NCBI GenBank assembly: GCA_004431415.1
Contig: QPMI01000180.1
Span: 62,001-126,000 of the forward strand
DNA length: 64,000 nucleotides
Direction of reading: 5' to 3'
Origin: Cyanophora paradoxa CCMP329
Taxonomy: Eukaryota; Plantae; Glaucophyta
Position numbers and translations under genes: made by a program. Positions 34,334 through 47,174 of the stretch are shown one piece after another. Numbering within the stretch: the stretch's first letter is position 1; every line of letters begins with the position of its first letter. The notes below the pieces were generated by a model. It saw nothing but the letters and a program-made list of their open reading frames with translations. It had not been told where the DNA came from and searched no databases.

Positions 34334-35616
34334 GGCTACTGGGTCTCGACTGCGGAAAGCCCGTGGCCGCCTCGAGAAACGCGGAACGTCCGCGGCCGCC
34401 GGGTTTTCATCCGCTGCAGATTGAGAGGGTTTAGCAAATGCATCTCAATAGTTGTGTGTGTATGTAAATCACGTACCAACGCGTACGCCGGCACATGCAT
34501 TTGCCGCCATATGCATATGCGCAAGCTCGCGAGCTAGCGCTGTGCTAGAACTGCGAAATGCAAAGCTCGAGACTAGTACTAGTACTGCGGCTGCCGCTGC
34601 AGCTGAGCCAATATCCGCCGCAGCTGCGCATGCGGCTGCAAAGCTGGACACGTACAGATCTAGAGATTCGGCGCTTGATCAACGTCCGTCCGGGCCGTAA
34701 ATGAGATGATGTACAGCTGAAGCTGCGCATACGGCCGCGTCTGGCGTTGGACGTCGCGATCGACGCTGACAGCGCTAACGTGCGGGCCCGCGCCCCTTGA
34801 GCTTCCGGTGCGATCGCGCGCTGTCATTTCCGCACTAAAACAGCGGAAATGATGAGACTGATGGGCCGCGGCGCGGCCGCGGCGACTCCGGCCCAGGTGC
34901 AGGCGATTGCTGTTAACGTTACCGCGGCCGGCGCCCGAACGCGTGGGCAGGCTGCTTCGAAATCCGGTGGCGGTTCTAAGCTCGCGACCCGTCGCGGTGC
35001 ATATGCATGGAACCTGCTGCTTGCAATTGGGAATCCGCGCGCGCGCGGCCGACGCGGCACGAATCCGAACGCTTCCCAGTCGCCTGGCTGCTTCGAAATC
35101 CTGACTGGCGCTGGCGCGGCTTCGAAATCCCGAGCTTGCGAGGTCACGGCGTGGGCCCGAAGCTTCTAGATCTGCCGCCCGCGCGCCCCTGTGGCCGCTC
35201 CGTATGCGTGAGCACTGCGGCAGCTTCGAATTCCGACGTCGATTCCGCCGCGGGCCGGCCGCGGGCCAGGCCTTTGCCAGCAAGAATCCTCTACCCCTCT
35301 CATCCCGGTTCACGGGATCCTGGCCATGGAGTGGCAACAGATCCCGGAGCTAGCTATAGCTGATAGCAAGCTGATAGCATATCAAGCATCCCGAGCTAGC
35401 TGATCATGCATGAGCGCTAGCGGTTCAACTGAATTTCGGAATGCCAGGCTTTTAGCAGCTGGATGAATATGTATCGCTGACGCTAGCGCTGCGGCAAAGG
35501 GGGGACGTCGGACTCCGGACCCCGCCGCCGACCTCCATGGCCGGGGGCCCCAAAGCCCCCCGCGCGGGCCGCAGCCGGACTCCGTGGCCGGGCCTCGGCC
35601 CTCTCGTCCGCGGGGG

Positions 35617-37992
35617 CTACCCGTAGAAAGCTCCGGGGGGCCGGGGCATGGGCGGGAGCGGGGGCAGGGGGAAGGCGCCGCCGGGCGCCCAGGAGATGCC
35701 GGGGCCCGGGAGGGCGGGGGCGGGAATTGCGCCGGGGGGCGCCCCGGGCAGGAGCAGGCCCTCCCCCGCGGGGGCCCCGGCCCATAGGCCCGCCGGCGCG
35801 CCCGGCCGCGGGGCGGCCGCCGCCCACGGGGCGAATTCGAAGCGGGGCGGGGGCCCTGGGCGGGGGGCGGGGGGTAGGGTAGCTGTAGGGCGCGAGGGCG
35901 TCCTCGGGCGGGGGCCAGGGCCGCGCGGGGCGGGGCGGGCCTCGGGCAGGCCCCACGCCCCGCCGGCGCTCTCGGGCCGGAGCTCGAGGAGCGCCGGCGG
36001 CTCCGCCCCGGCCCCCGCCCCCGCGACCGCTGCTGCCGCTGCTGCGGCGGCGGCGTAGGCGGCCTGGAGGGGGTCGAGGGGGTCCTCGGGGGCGTCCTGG
36101 GCCTCGGGGGCGAAGCCGGGGCCGGGAGCGGAGGTGGCGGAGGAGGCGTCGAAGGAGCGCGCCGACGTGCTCCCCGACGAGCTGCTCGACCCCGCCCCGC
36201 TCCCGCCGTCCTCTTCGGGCCCCTCCGGCCCCTCCCCTCCCCCTTCTCCCCCGCCGCCCGCGCCTCCGCCTCCTCCCGCTCCTGCCCGCGCGTCAGGCGG
36301 CTGCGGGCGGGGGCGGGTGGGGGGGGGGGGGGGGGGCGGGCGGGCCTTGCGGCGCTGGCGGTGCTCGCGCCAGCGGCGCTGCACCATCTTCGCCGCGTCT
36401 GCGCGCCGCGCGCGCCGCGCGGGTCACGGCTGCCCGGGTCCGGCGGGGCGGGGCGGGGCGGGCGGGGCGGGGCGGGGCGGGGCGGGGCGGGGCGGGCGGG
36501 GCGGGGCGGACAGTACTGGGAGGCGTGGAGGACCATCTCCCCCGCCGCCTCCGAGTCCCCCGCCGCACCCTGCCCGCCCCGTAAGGCGGGGCCGGAGGCG
36601 GGGGCGGGGGCGGGGGGCGGGGGCGGGGGGCGGGCCTTGGGGCCGGCGCGGGCCTTCTTCTGGAGCTTGTCGAAGGCGCGGAGGCCCTCCTTGTGGATCC
36701 GCCGCCGCACCTGCCCGCCCCGCTCAGCGGCCGAAGCGTCCGGGGCGGGGGCGGGTGCGGGCCTTGAGGGGAAGGGCGAGGCCGGCGCCGGCGTAGACGT
36801 GCTCGACGAGGGCGCGGAGGAGGTGGTAGAAGTGGACGCGGCTCCCGTCGAAGACGGGGAGGTCCAGCGCGCAGATCAGCCGGATCACCTCCAGGTTCGT
36901 GCTCTCCCGCGCTGCCCGCGAGGCTCAGCGGCGCGGGGCGGGGCGGGGAAAGGGGAAAGGGGAAAGGGGCGGGGCGGACGGAGGCCGAGCGGGGGCCCGA
37001 GGCGGCGGAGGAGGGCGGGGAGCTGGGTGTCGATGTGGAGGAACTCGGTGGCCTCGCGGTCAAGAAGCTCCCAGTGGCGCGCGAACTCCTGCACGTGCAC
37101 CAGGCTCACCTGCTGGGCGCCCTGCGACACCGTGTGCCGGTACGCCTCCAGCACGACGGACACGAGGAGCTGGAGGAGGATCGACTGCGAGAGGATGATC
37201 CAGGAGACGAGGAAGGGGATGGCCATCGAGGTGCCGCAGGTGACGCTCGGGCCGGGGACGCAGCCCGGCGGCGGCGTCACGCAGTCCCACATGATCGCGT
37301 TCCAGTTCTCCCCCGTCATCATCCTAAGGCGCCGCCGGTAAGATCGGAAGGCAGGCGGGTGGGGTAGCCGGGCGGGGGCGGGGGCGGGGGCGGGGGTACA
37401 GGGGCACCGGAAGAGGGTGAGCATGGAGAAGGCGGTGGAGCGGAAGTTGGCGTACTCGTTGAGGGCGTCCCCCAGGGGGACCTTGGCGAGGAGGATGGTG
37501 CCGAGGACGCCGTAGATGAAGAGGAGGACGAGGAGGACGGCGCCGACGTTGAGCACCGCCGGCAGCGAGATCACGAACGTGTGGAATAGGTTCTGCGCCC
37601 CGCCGAGGCGCCCCGCCCCCGTCACGCCGGCCGGGAGGCGCTGGAAGCTTGAGAGGGGGCGGGGCCGTGCCTTAAGGGACTCGAAGCGGTTGAAGAGGCG
37701 GAAGACGCGGAGGATGCGCGTCGCCCGGATCAGCTGAGGCCGGGTCGGGTCAGACGGGGCAGGGCGGGGCCGGGGCGGCGGGCCGAGGGGTGCGAAGGTG
37801 CGGGGCGGGGCGAGTGGCGGACCCGGACTTGGTCGGGGATGGCGGAGGCGGCGACGACGGCGACGACGGAGGCGGCGGCGACGGAGAAGTCGAAGACGTG
37901 CCAGCCGCTCGTGAAGTACACCCGCGGCCCGTACTGCGGGGGCAGGCGGCCCGGGGCGGGCCCCCCGGTGAGGCCGGGCCGGGAGCGGGGGC

Positions 37993-38027
<35 letters not shown>

Positions 38028-39801
38028 CGCACGCCGACGATCTTGAGGAGGGCCTCCGCCGCGAAGACCACCGCCACCCCCACGCTGATCAGCTCTGCCC
38101 GCCCCGCCCCTGATCAGCGAGCCGGCGAGCCGGCGAGGCGGCGAGGCGGGGCGGGGGGCAGCGCACCGAGAACGCTGACGATGGCGGAGGGGAGCTGCCG
38201 CATGTACACCATCTGCGCCCCGCCCGCGCCGCGTGAGGCGGGGCGGGCGGCTGGGGAGGAGGAGCGGGCCTGGGCGAGGACGTTGAGGACGACGACGGCG
38301 TCGACGAAGGCCTCGAAGCGCGGGTGCTGCACCAGCTTGTACAGCCGCCGCCGCGGCCCCGGGCCCGGCGGCGTCGCCTTCTTCCGCAGGCCCACCCGCA
38401 CCGCGTGCGACACCGCCGCTGCCAGAGCGAGCGAGCGAGCGCGGCGGGGCGTCGGGCGGGGCGGGGCCGGCGTTGCTCGCGTGGCTCGGCGCGGCGGAGC
38501 GGCGCACCCTGCCACTGCTTCTGGGCGGGGGTCATGAAGGCCGACCTGCGAGCCCGCGCCTCAGCGGCCGAGCCAAGCAGGGCGGAGAGGGGCGGGGCGG
38601 GGGCGGGCGGACTCGGCGCCGAGCTCCTCCATCTCCTTGGTGACCTTGAAGGCCCCGACGACCTCCGAGATGAACACTGCGCAGACTCATGCGTTAGCTT
38701 GCTAGAAGAAGTCGATCCATCGGATCGGGTCGCGCACTGTTGAGGACGAAGAAGGTGCCGATGATGACGAAGGCGATGAAGTAGAGGGCGCGCGAGGCCG
38801 ACGCGTTCTCGACCATCGACCGGTTCACCCCGACGCTGTCCATCCCGTTGAACATGTGCACCGTCCACCCCTCCAGCGTCGTGATCTCGAACAGCGTCAG
38901 CATCGCTGCGGCGCCGGGGCCCCCGCGGCGGCGTCAGCGGGGAGCAGGGGCGGGGAACAAGGGCGGGGCGGGGACCGTCGGTGACGGAGTCGAAGTTGGA
39001 GTGCTCCTCGAGCCAGAGGCGGGGCCGGACGATGCCCGTCGCCGCCTCCGTGAAGTTGCCCACGCAGCGGCGCCGGTCGGGAATAAGCGGGTCGCTGCAC
39101 ACGAAGTAGCGCCCCGCGAAGAGCTGCATCCCCAGCTGCAAGAGAGAGGCCCCTCGGCGCGGGACAGGGCGGGGCGGGGCGGGGCGGGGCGGGTGCGGAC
39201 GAGGGCGAAGATGAGCCAGACGATGAAGGCGAAGAGGGCGACGGCGAGGATGGCGGGGGAGACGCGGACGAGGGTCTCGACGACGATCTTCATGCCGGGG
39301 AACTGGCGGAGGAGGCGGAGGGGCCGGAGGGCGCGCAGGGCCGAGAAGGTCTTCAGGAACTTCACGTCGGAGAAGGAGGAGAGGATGACGCCGAGCCAGG
39401 AGGCGAGGACGACGCCGGCGTCGAGCACGTTCCACCCGTCCCGCAGGTACGCGTCCCGGGGCTTCCAGAGCCCCGCCGCGAAGGCCCGCGTCACGCCCTC
39501 GACGGTGAAGGCCGAGAGGAGCGCGAAGTCGCCGTAGTAGTGGAGGGGCTGCGAGTCGGGCGAGGCGGGGCGGAGGGGGTCCAGCGTGGCGAGGAGGTAG
39601 CACTGGAAGGCGATGAGTGCCATCGCCGCGTAGTTGAAGCCCGGGTGGGCGACGAGGCGCCGCGCGGCGGAGCGGATGCGGGCCTGGGCCGGGGGCTTCG
39701 GCACCCAGGCGCCCTCCCGCCCCGCGGGGAAGTCCGAGGCGACCGCCTGGGCGAAGAGCTCCACCTCCGTGATCGCGTACCCCCCGGGGCCCCCGGCCCC
39801 C

Positions 39802-39840
<39 letters not shown>

Positions 39841-42800
39841 TCCCCCGCGGCGGCGCTGCGGGGCCGCACGAGGGCAACGGCCTCGGCTCCCGCGGGGTGC
39901 ACGCGGGCGCTGCCGCCAGCCGCGGGCGCCAGCGCGAGCCGCTGCAGGACCGACTTGACACGCCCGATCGCCCCCAGCCGCGGCCGCGCCGTCCCGTCCC
40001 CGCCGTCCCCGCCCCGGCGCCGCCGCCCTCGGGCCCCCGGCCCGCCGGGGGCGGCCTGGGGGCGAGGTAGAGGGCGGCGCGGGGGCGAAGGGCCCCCCGG
40101 GCTCGTCGGCGGCCAGCGCGCCCGTCTTCTCTTTGGTCCGCCAGAAGCGCGCCGGCTCCCGCACGCCCTGCTCCCCCGCGTCTGCCCCAGCGCCGCCAGC
40201 GCCCACTCCGCTGCAGCCGCCCCCCTCAGTCAGCCGCGGCGTTGTGGGGCGCCGGCCGGGGCCGGGGCCTGGGCGGCACCTTCGGCCTTGCGGGCGGCGA
40301 CGGCCGCCTCGGGGTGCGCGTGGTGGCCCCGGCCCCCGGCCCCGCCCCCGCCCCCGCCCCGGAGCCGTCCCCTCGCTCCGCCCGCTCCGCCCCGTCGCCC
40401 CCTCGCCCGCCTCGCTCCCCTCGGAGCCCTCCTCCTCCTCGGCCTTGGGGGGGAAGAAGCGCTCGCGGACGCGCTTGCGGGCCCACACCTGCGCGGGGGC
40501 CCGGCCCGGGCGCGTGAGGCCGCGAAGCAGAGCGGCGCGGGGCGAGGGGCGGACGAAGGCGAGCGGGGGCAGGCTCTTGAGCCACTTCCAGGCCTCGGCC
40601 TCGTCCGAGTCGTCCTCCTCCCCGTCCTCGTCCCCGTCCCCGTCCCGCTCCTTCAGCGCGTAGATCACGATCGCCAGGAAGACGTTCAGGATGAAGACTG
40701 CGCGCGGGAGCGGGCGCGGGCGGGGGCGGCGGTTGGCGCCGCGCGGGCGGGGCCTCGGGGGCGGGGGCGGGGCCGGGGCTTCGGGAGCGTACACATTCCG
40801 AAGGTGTAGAGGAGGATGAAGTAGGCGGGGACGAGGAGGGAGACGATGGCGGAGCCGCCGCCCGCCATCCCCCGCATCGCGTTGAACATCACGTCGTTCC
40901 AGTTGTCCCCCGTGATGATCTGGAAGGTCGTCAGCGCCGACTGGAAGACCGTCTCGTAGTTGCTCCGCGCCGCGCCCCCGTCCCAGTTCACGATCACGCC
41001 CCCGCCGAAGAGCTGCGCGGGAGGAGGAAGGTGATGAGCGCGGGCGGGGCGGGGCGGGGCGGGGCGGGGGGGCGGGCGCGCCTGCATGCCGAGGAGGGCG
41101 ATGATCATGAGGGTGACGAAGAAGATGGGGAGGAAGGAGAGGGCGGGGGCGATGCTCGCCCCCGAGTTCTTCACGAGGGCGCGCAGGCGGGCCCAGGGCC
41201 CGTAGCGGGCGAGCTCGAAGATGCGGAGGAGGCGGACGGTGTAGAGGGGCCCGCTGGAGCCGAGGGCGGCCTGGGCGAGGCCGAGGACGACGCAGGCGAA
41301 GGCGAACTGGTTGGCCCCCGAGCGGAAGTAGCGCACGGCGCCGTGGGCGGCGAGCTTGACGGCCGCCTCCGCCAGGTACCCGAAGGTCAGCAGCACGTTC
41401 AGCGCGTCCAGCCGCGCAAGCTGCGGCGCCGCGTGGGCGGGGGCGGGGGCGGGGGCGGGGGGGGGGCGGGGGAGGGGAGAAGCAGAAGGAGCGCACGGTG
41501 TCCTGGTACCCGTCCGTGTCGCGGTACTTGTACATGCCGGCGACGAGGAAGGTAACTGCCGCGGCGGGGCGGGGCGGGGCGGGGCGGGGCGGGGCGCGTT
41601 CAGCGCCGCGCGGCGCGGGCGGGGAACGGGGCGGGCGGGGCCGGGTGCGGTGCGGACTGCCGACGAGGGTGACGACGTAGAGGTAGAAGGGGATGGAGGT
41701 CGCCACGATGTGCGCGCCCCGCCGCACGTACGCCATGTCCTCCCGCGGCGTCTCCACGTCCTCCGGCTCCTTCGCCGGCCGCGGCTGCGAGGCCGCCGTC
41801 AACGCGGCGCAGGGCGGGGCGGGCGGGGCGGGCGGGGCGGGGCGGGGCGGGCGGGGCGGGGCGTGGGGGCGGACGGGGAGGCCGGGGAGGCGGAGGGCGG
41901 CGCGGGCGGCGAGGGCGGCGTCCAGAGAGGGGCGGCGGCCCTCCAGCGAGGCCCGCGAGGCCGCCCCCGCGCTCCCCGCCCGCGCGGGGCGCCCACCGGG
42001 CCCCGCCGACCCCGCCCGCCCCGGCTCGTCGCCGCCGACCCCACGCGCGCCGCGTGCGCGCCGGCCGACCCGAGCCGGTGCTGGCTCCCGGCCGACCCCA
42101 GGCGCGGGTAGGCGCCGGCCGACCCGAGCCGGTGCTGGCTCCCCGCCGAGCCGAGGCGGTGCTGGCTGGCGATGCGGTGCAGGCTCGACGCCGAGGCGAG
42201 CTGTGGGTGACTTCCCGCCGAACCCAGCCGCGGACCCCGGCCCGTCGCCGAGCCGGCGCGCGCCGTCGCCGAGCCGACGCGGGCGGAGGCGGAACCGACG
42301 CGGGCGGTGGCGGAGCCGGCGGGGCGCTGGGTGAGGCCGCCGCCGAGGCCCTCGGAAGGGGCCGTGTCGGGGCGCAGCGCGGCCGCCTCGGCGCGGAGGC
42401 GGGCAGCCTCCTCCTCGGCGGCGGCGGCCTCGGCGGCGGCCGCCGCGAAGCCGCCCTCGTCCGCCCCCGGCGCCGAGTCGTCCTCCGGGGCGGAGAGGAG
42501 CCAGCGGAGGATGGCGCGGGGCCGCAGGGAGGCGGCGAGGCCCTTCAGGTAGGCGTAGAGGCCCTTGAGGCCGGTGATGCGGGGCCCCCGGCGGCGGCGC
42601 CAGGCGCGCTCCTCCTCCTGGGCGCGCGCCTCGGCGTACTTCTCGTTGATGACGGCGAGGAGCAGGTTCTGGATGAGGAGCGAGCCGGCGATGGTGAGGG
42701 TCACCGAGTAGGCGACCGCGACGCCGGCCCCCGCGCTGTCCTCCAGCCAATACATGTATTGCGTCCACTGCGAGAGCGTGAAGAACTGGAAGATGGTGAG

Positions 42801-44519
42801 GAATGCCCAGCCGATGTTGTCGAAGTTCGTGTATCCCTGCGTCGGGTTCGAGAAGGGCGCGCCGCGGGAGCGCCACTGCGGGTTGAGCTCCGTGGTGAAG
42901 GGCCCGCAGTAGATCCCGTCGTGCGCCCCGCGCGCCGGCTCCGCGCTCGCCTCGCACATGCGCAGGGGGTAGTTCACCTCCTCGTCCCGCCTGCGCGACC
43001 CGCCGCCTCAGCGCCGGGGCGGGGCGGGGCGGGGCGGGGCGGGGCGGGGCGGGGCGGGCGCACTGGGGGATGCCCGTGAGGCCGTCGAGGCGGCGGTAGC
43101 GCAGCTGGCCCTCGAAGATCTGCACCCCTGTGTGCACGCCCCTCAGCCCTCAGGCCCGCCGCGCCCCGCCCCGCCCCGCCCCGCCCCGCCCCGCCCGCTT
43201 GGAGGGGCGCACCCTGCGCGCGGGGTCAGAAAGGGGGCGGGCGGGGGGGAGAGGCGCGGGGGGGCGGACGACGATGCCGAAGACGATGAGGAAGAAGACG
43301 AGCTGGAAGCAGACCTGGATGAAGAGGGGCAGCGCGGCGCGCACCGTGTCCACCAGCAGCCGCGTCCCCGCCAGCACCTTCATCGTCCGCACGATCAAGA
43401 ACGCCCGGATCGTCCTGCCCGCGCAAACACACAACCCCAGGCTCGCAAGGGCGGCGAGGGTGGCGCGCCGGGCGGTGCGTCGGGACGGGGCGGGAGAGCG
43501 GACGTGAAGTTGGAGAAGGAGGGAATCTGGGCGAGCCAGCCGAGGACGACGACGGCGAGGTTGAGGGCGTGCCAGCCCGTGCGCAGCAGCGCGCCCCGGT
43601 GGAGGGCGAGGCCGTAGGCGAGGGCCCCGAGGAGGAGCTCGGCCGTGAAGTAGCAGGTGAAGACGAGCTCGGCGGTGTCGAGCCAGGCGTTGACGGAGAG
43701 CTGGAAGCGGTTGTCGCACGTCGCCGCGCTCGTGCACTTCGGGTCCCGCAGCGCCACGAACGCGAAGTTGAGCACCTGCCGCCCGCCCCGCCCGCGTCGG
43801 ACGCGCAGCCGGGAGCGCCGGCGCCAGGGGGGGCGGGGCGGGGCGGGGCGGGGCGGGTGCACGGTGGCGACGAGGGAGAGGAAGCCGTAGAGGCGGCACT
43901 CGAGGAAGGCGCGGCAGGCCCGCCGCACCCGCCCCGCCCGGCCCGTGTCCGGCAGCAGGAAGAGCGCCCGCTGCGGGTCGTTCACGACCTGCAGCCGCCG
44001 CGTCGCCGCCGCGAACTTGCGCTTGAGGCGCGTGCGCCAGCCCGTCTCCTCCTCCGCCTCCATGTCCTCCGCAAGGCCCGACATCAGCCCCGTCTGCTTC
44101 TTCGCGAAGGCCCGCGCCACAATCGCCGCCGCCGCCTTCATCTTCTTGGCCTCAGCGGTGTTCGCCGACACTGCGCCGCAGCGCACGCGTCAGCTCCGCC
44201 TGTGCGGCATCCTTGGCCCTGGCAGCCGCCTGGCCGCCACGCGCCGCGCCCGCCACGCACTTCTTCCCGTGGTGGGAGCTCCTCCAGCGCCCGCGGCCGG
44301 CTCGCCATTGTCGCCCGCCTGCGCCTCCGGCTGCTCGGCATCTTGCTCGGGCGGCTTCCTGACGCGCTGGAGGGCCAGGGCCGGCACGGAGGACTGGTGC
44401 CGCTCGCCGGCGCCCTGGTGCTGCTCGACGGAGCCAGCGCCGGTCGGCGAGTCGGGGGGGAGCACGGCATCGCTCCTGGAGACCGCCGGCTCCAGCCGCT
44501 TGCTGGCCGATCTCTCCAT
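35617..44519 (-). CDS. Four-domain voltage-gated cation channel alpha subunit (Cav/Nav-like), multi-exon; exact 3' end uncertain
   Basis: Four pore loops: NFDNIGWAFLTIFQFFTLSQW, NYETVFQSALTTFQIITGDNW, NFDS...LFEITTLEGW, NFRSTAFSMLTLFR-MMTGENW. S4 segments ALRALRPLRLLR and IRATRILRVFR. III-IV linker FMTPAQKQW. C-terminal EF-hand-like EFARHWELLDREAT and IQ-like AAKMVQRRWR. Confidence 0.92.
42030..42330 (-). repeat. Coding minisatellite (21/27-bp units) encoding tandem R-(L/V/A)-G-S-A motifs in the channel I-II linker
   Basis: Translation RVGSASARVGSATARAGSATGRGPRLGSAGSHPQLASASSLHRIASQHRLGSAGSQHRLGSAGAYPRLGSAGSQHRLGSAGAHAARVGSA. Confidence 0.8.
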
Positions 44520-44697
44520 CCTTGCCAGCTATAGCCTCCTGCTCTGGACAGTTGGGCAGATTTGAGAGCGCATCACCTCCATCTAAGCTCTACAACGAAA
44601 CCACAGCAAGTGGGCTTGCGCAGCCGCACGCCAGCCTATGGATTGTCCGCTCCTTCAAATTTGCCTCTACCCCTCAAGCGCCCGGTTCGGCAGTTTC
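44520..44697. promoter_or_regulatory. Probable bidirectional promoter between the channel gene and the GST
   Basis: Divergent ATGs at 44519 (-) and 44698 (+) are only 178 bp apart; the spacer is lower in GC. Confidence 0.55.
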
Positions 44698-46237
44698 ATG
44701 GCTTTCGCGGTTACTGCGGCTGCTATCGGCGGTGTTCGTGCTCCGGCGTTCCAAGCCCAGGCGGCTCGCATCCACGAGCAGCGCCGCGAGGCGCACGGCC
44801 TCGCACCCGCACGCCGCTTCTTCGGTTTCGAGGCCCAGCCGGCCGTCGCAGCGTCCAGCGCCGCGAAATTCACCATCGAAATGTCGGGTACTAACGTTAT
44901 CCTCCATCCGACGCCCTGCGCTCGCTCATCCGGAAGCTTCGGCGGCGTCCGGCAGGGAAGGCGACGCTCTTCTCGGTGCCCGTCTCTAACTTCGCGGCGC
45001 GCTGCCGCCACCTCGTGTGAGCGCGGGCCTATCGATCGCGCGCGCGGGCGCGTCGGAACGAACTGACGCGCGCGCGGGGCAGCTACGCGAAGGGGCTCGA
45101 GGGCGCCGAGGTCGAGATCAAGTCGCCGCAGGACGTCGGCGGCCTGAAGTCCGAGGAGTACATGAAGGCCCGCCCCGCCGGCCCCGGCCCTCGCGCGCGC
45201 GGCTCACGCGGGGCCGCCGCGCAGATCAACCCCCGTGCGCGCGCGCGCCGGGGCGGGAGCCGGGGCGGGGGCGGGGCTGACGGGCGGGGCGCAGTGGGTA
45301 AGATGCCGGCGCTGGTTACTGAGGAGGGTACGTGCCTGTTCGAGAGCGAGGTCATCAACAGCTACCTCCTCGACAAATACGCCGCCAAGGGCGAGGGCTT
45401 CAAGGCGCGCCCCCCGCCCCGTCCACGCCACCGCGCGCCGCCCGCTGAGGCGCGTGCAGCCGAGCAACGCCGAGGCGCGCGCCTACTCGTCCCTCGTCGC
45501 CCGCTTCCACGACATCTACATGTACCCCCCTCCCCCTCCCGGGCCCCCCCCCCGCGGGGCGGCCGACGGGGCGCGCGCAGGGGCCCGCTGCAGGCGTGCA
45601 TGTACAAGGACGGCATCGAGCCGGAGGCACGCCGCAAGATGCTTCAGGAGGCGTGCCGGCCCCCGCCCCGCCCCGCCCCGCCCCGCCCCGCCCGGCGCGT
45701 GCTTACGACGGGGGGCGGGGGGCAGCTGCTGGGCCACCTGGACACCCTCGAGGGCCTGATGGCCAAGGCCCCGGGCTTCGCCTCCTACGGCCTCGTCGGC
45801 GGGCCCAACCTCTCCGGCGAGCGCCGCCGGCGCCCCCGCCCCCGCCGCCCCACGCACCGCTGACGGGGCGGGGCGGGGGGGCAGCGGGGGACGTGGCGGT
45901 GTACCCGACGTTCGTGTTCTACACGCGCATCCTGCCGGAGCACTTCAAGGTGGATCCGTTCGCCGGCCGCCCGAGCCTCGCCCGCTGGTGGGCCACCGTC
46001 AAGGCCGACGCCGTGGCCGCCAAGGTGCCTGGGCCGGGGCCCGACCGGTGGCTCGGCGGCGCCCGACGCGCCGGCCCGACGCACCCGCCCGCAGGTGATC
46101 GCCGAGATGGAGGGCGGCCTCGACGTCTGGGCGAAGAACGACCGGTCCGCCCGCCCGCCCCCGCGCCCGCCCGGCCCCGGCCCTTACCCCCTCCCTCCCG
46201 CAGCTGGGCGACTGTGCTCAAGGACTACAAGCCCTAG
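44698..46237 (+). CDS. Glutathione S-transferase family protein with N-terminal plastid transit peptide, 11 exons
   Basis: Spliced: MAFAVTAAAIGG...AKFTIEM-SGKATLFSVPVSNFAARCRHLVYAKGL...KSEEYMKINPLGKMPAL...LFESEVINSYLLDKY...GDVAVYPTF...RPSLARWW...KDYKP*. Includes a 10-nt microexon at 45225-45234. Confidence 0.88.
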
Positions 46238-46353
46238 TGGTCCTCATTAGCCTAGCCGCGTCTGGTCCTGGCCTGCGAGTGCGAAACTAATGCACAGCAA
46301 TCCTAGCCTGCCTGCCTGCCCGGGGTCGCGCCGCCGGGGCCGCGCTGCGGCGC

Positions 46354-47174
46354 CTACTTCATCTGCATAGCTTCCGGGGCGTCCACGTGTATAATGGAGT
46401 ACGCGTTCGTGCGCCTCTTGACCTCGCGCGCGTCCTGGCAGTCCAGCAGGCAGCCGCAGCACATGAGGGTGCAGCACACCTGTCGCGCAACGGTGAGCGA
46501 GCGAACGACGCTGGCGGGCTTAGCTTTGAGAGCAGAAGGCAGCATGAGGAGCGCACATCGTGGACGTAGTTCGTCTCGATCCCGTACCGCGCCCTGTGCT
46601 CGTGCCTCCACAGGAACCCCTGCCCCGCAGCGCCGGCCGAGGTTAGGCCCGTCGAGCGGCGGCGCGGGCGGCGGGCGGCAGACCGTGATGCAGGGGCCGC
46701 AGGGCATGAAGTAAGAGAGCATGAAGTTCATCCACAAGTTGGAGCGAGGCTGCCGCCGTGTTAGGCGGGCGAGAGCGGCCTCCGAGGGCGTCCGGCCCTG
46801 CGCACCTCGGCGCGCTTGTGGGTGACTGCTTGTAGTGCGGACTGGCAGAAGCATCCTATGCAGCATGTCTCTCTGTCTGTGGCGCAGTCCCAGGGCTAGG
46901 CGAGGTCAGCTGGGAGGGCCGAGAACTAAAGAAGCGCAGCTAAGCGCGCCCGCAGCAGGCCGTCCTTAAGCGGTCAGGCGAGGTCAGCTGAGAGGGCCGA
47001 GAACTAAAGAAGCGCAGCTAAGCGCGCCCGCAGCAGGCCGTCCTTAAGCGGTCATAGCGCTCTATGCATTAGCTGCACGCATTAGCGATGCGTTGCGGGC
47101 GTTGCGGAGCAGCTGCCGGCTCGTTCGGCTGCGGCTCGGCTGCGGGAGCTCACTGCGGAATAGTAGTGTGCCAT
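46354..47174 (-). CDS. PLAC8/cornifelin-family Cys-rich protein
   Basis: Spliced MAHYYSA-PWDCATDRETCCIGCFC...FMPCGPCITVC-GFLWRHEHRARYGIE...CCTLMCCGCLLDCQDAREVKRR. Confidence 0.8.
46898..47053. repeat. 78-bp near-perfect tandem duplication in the first PLAC8 intron
   Basis: AGGCGAGGTCAGCTG...CTTAAGCGGTC at 46898 and 46976, one mismatch. Confidence 0.93.
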
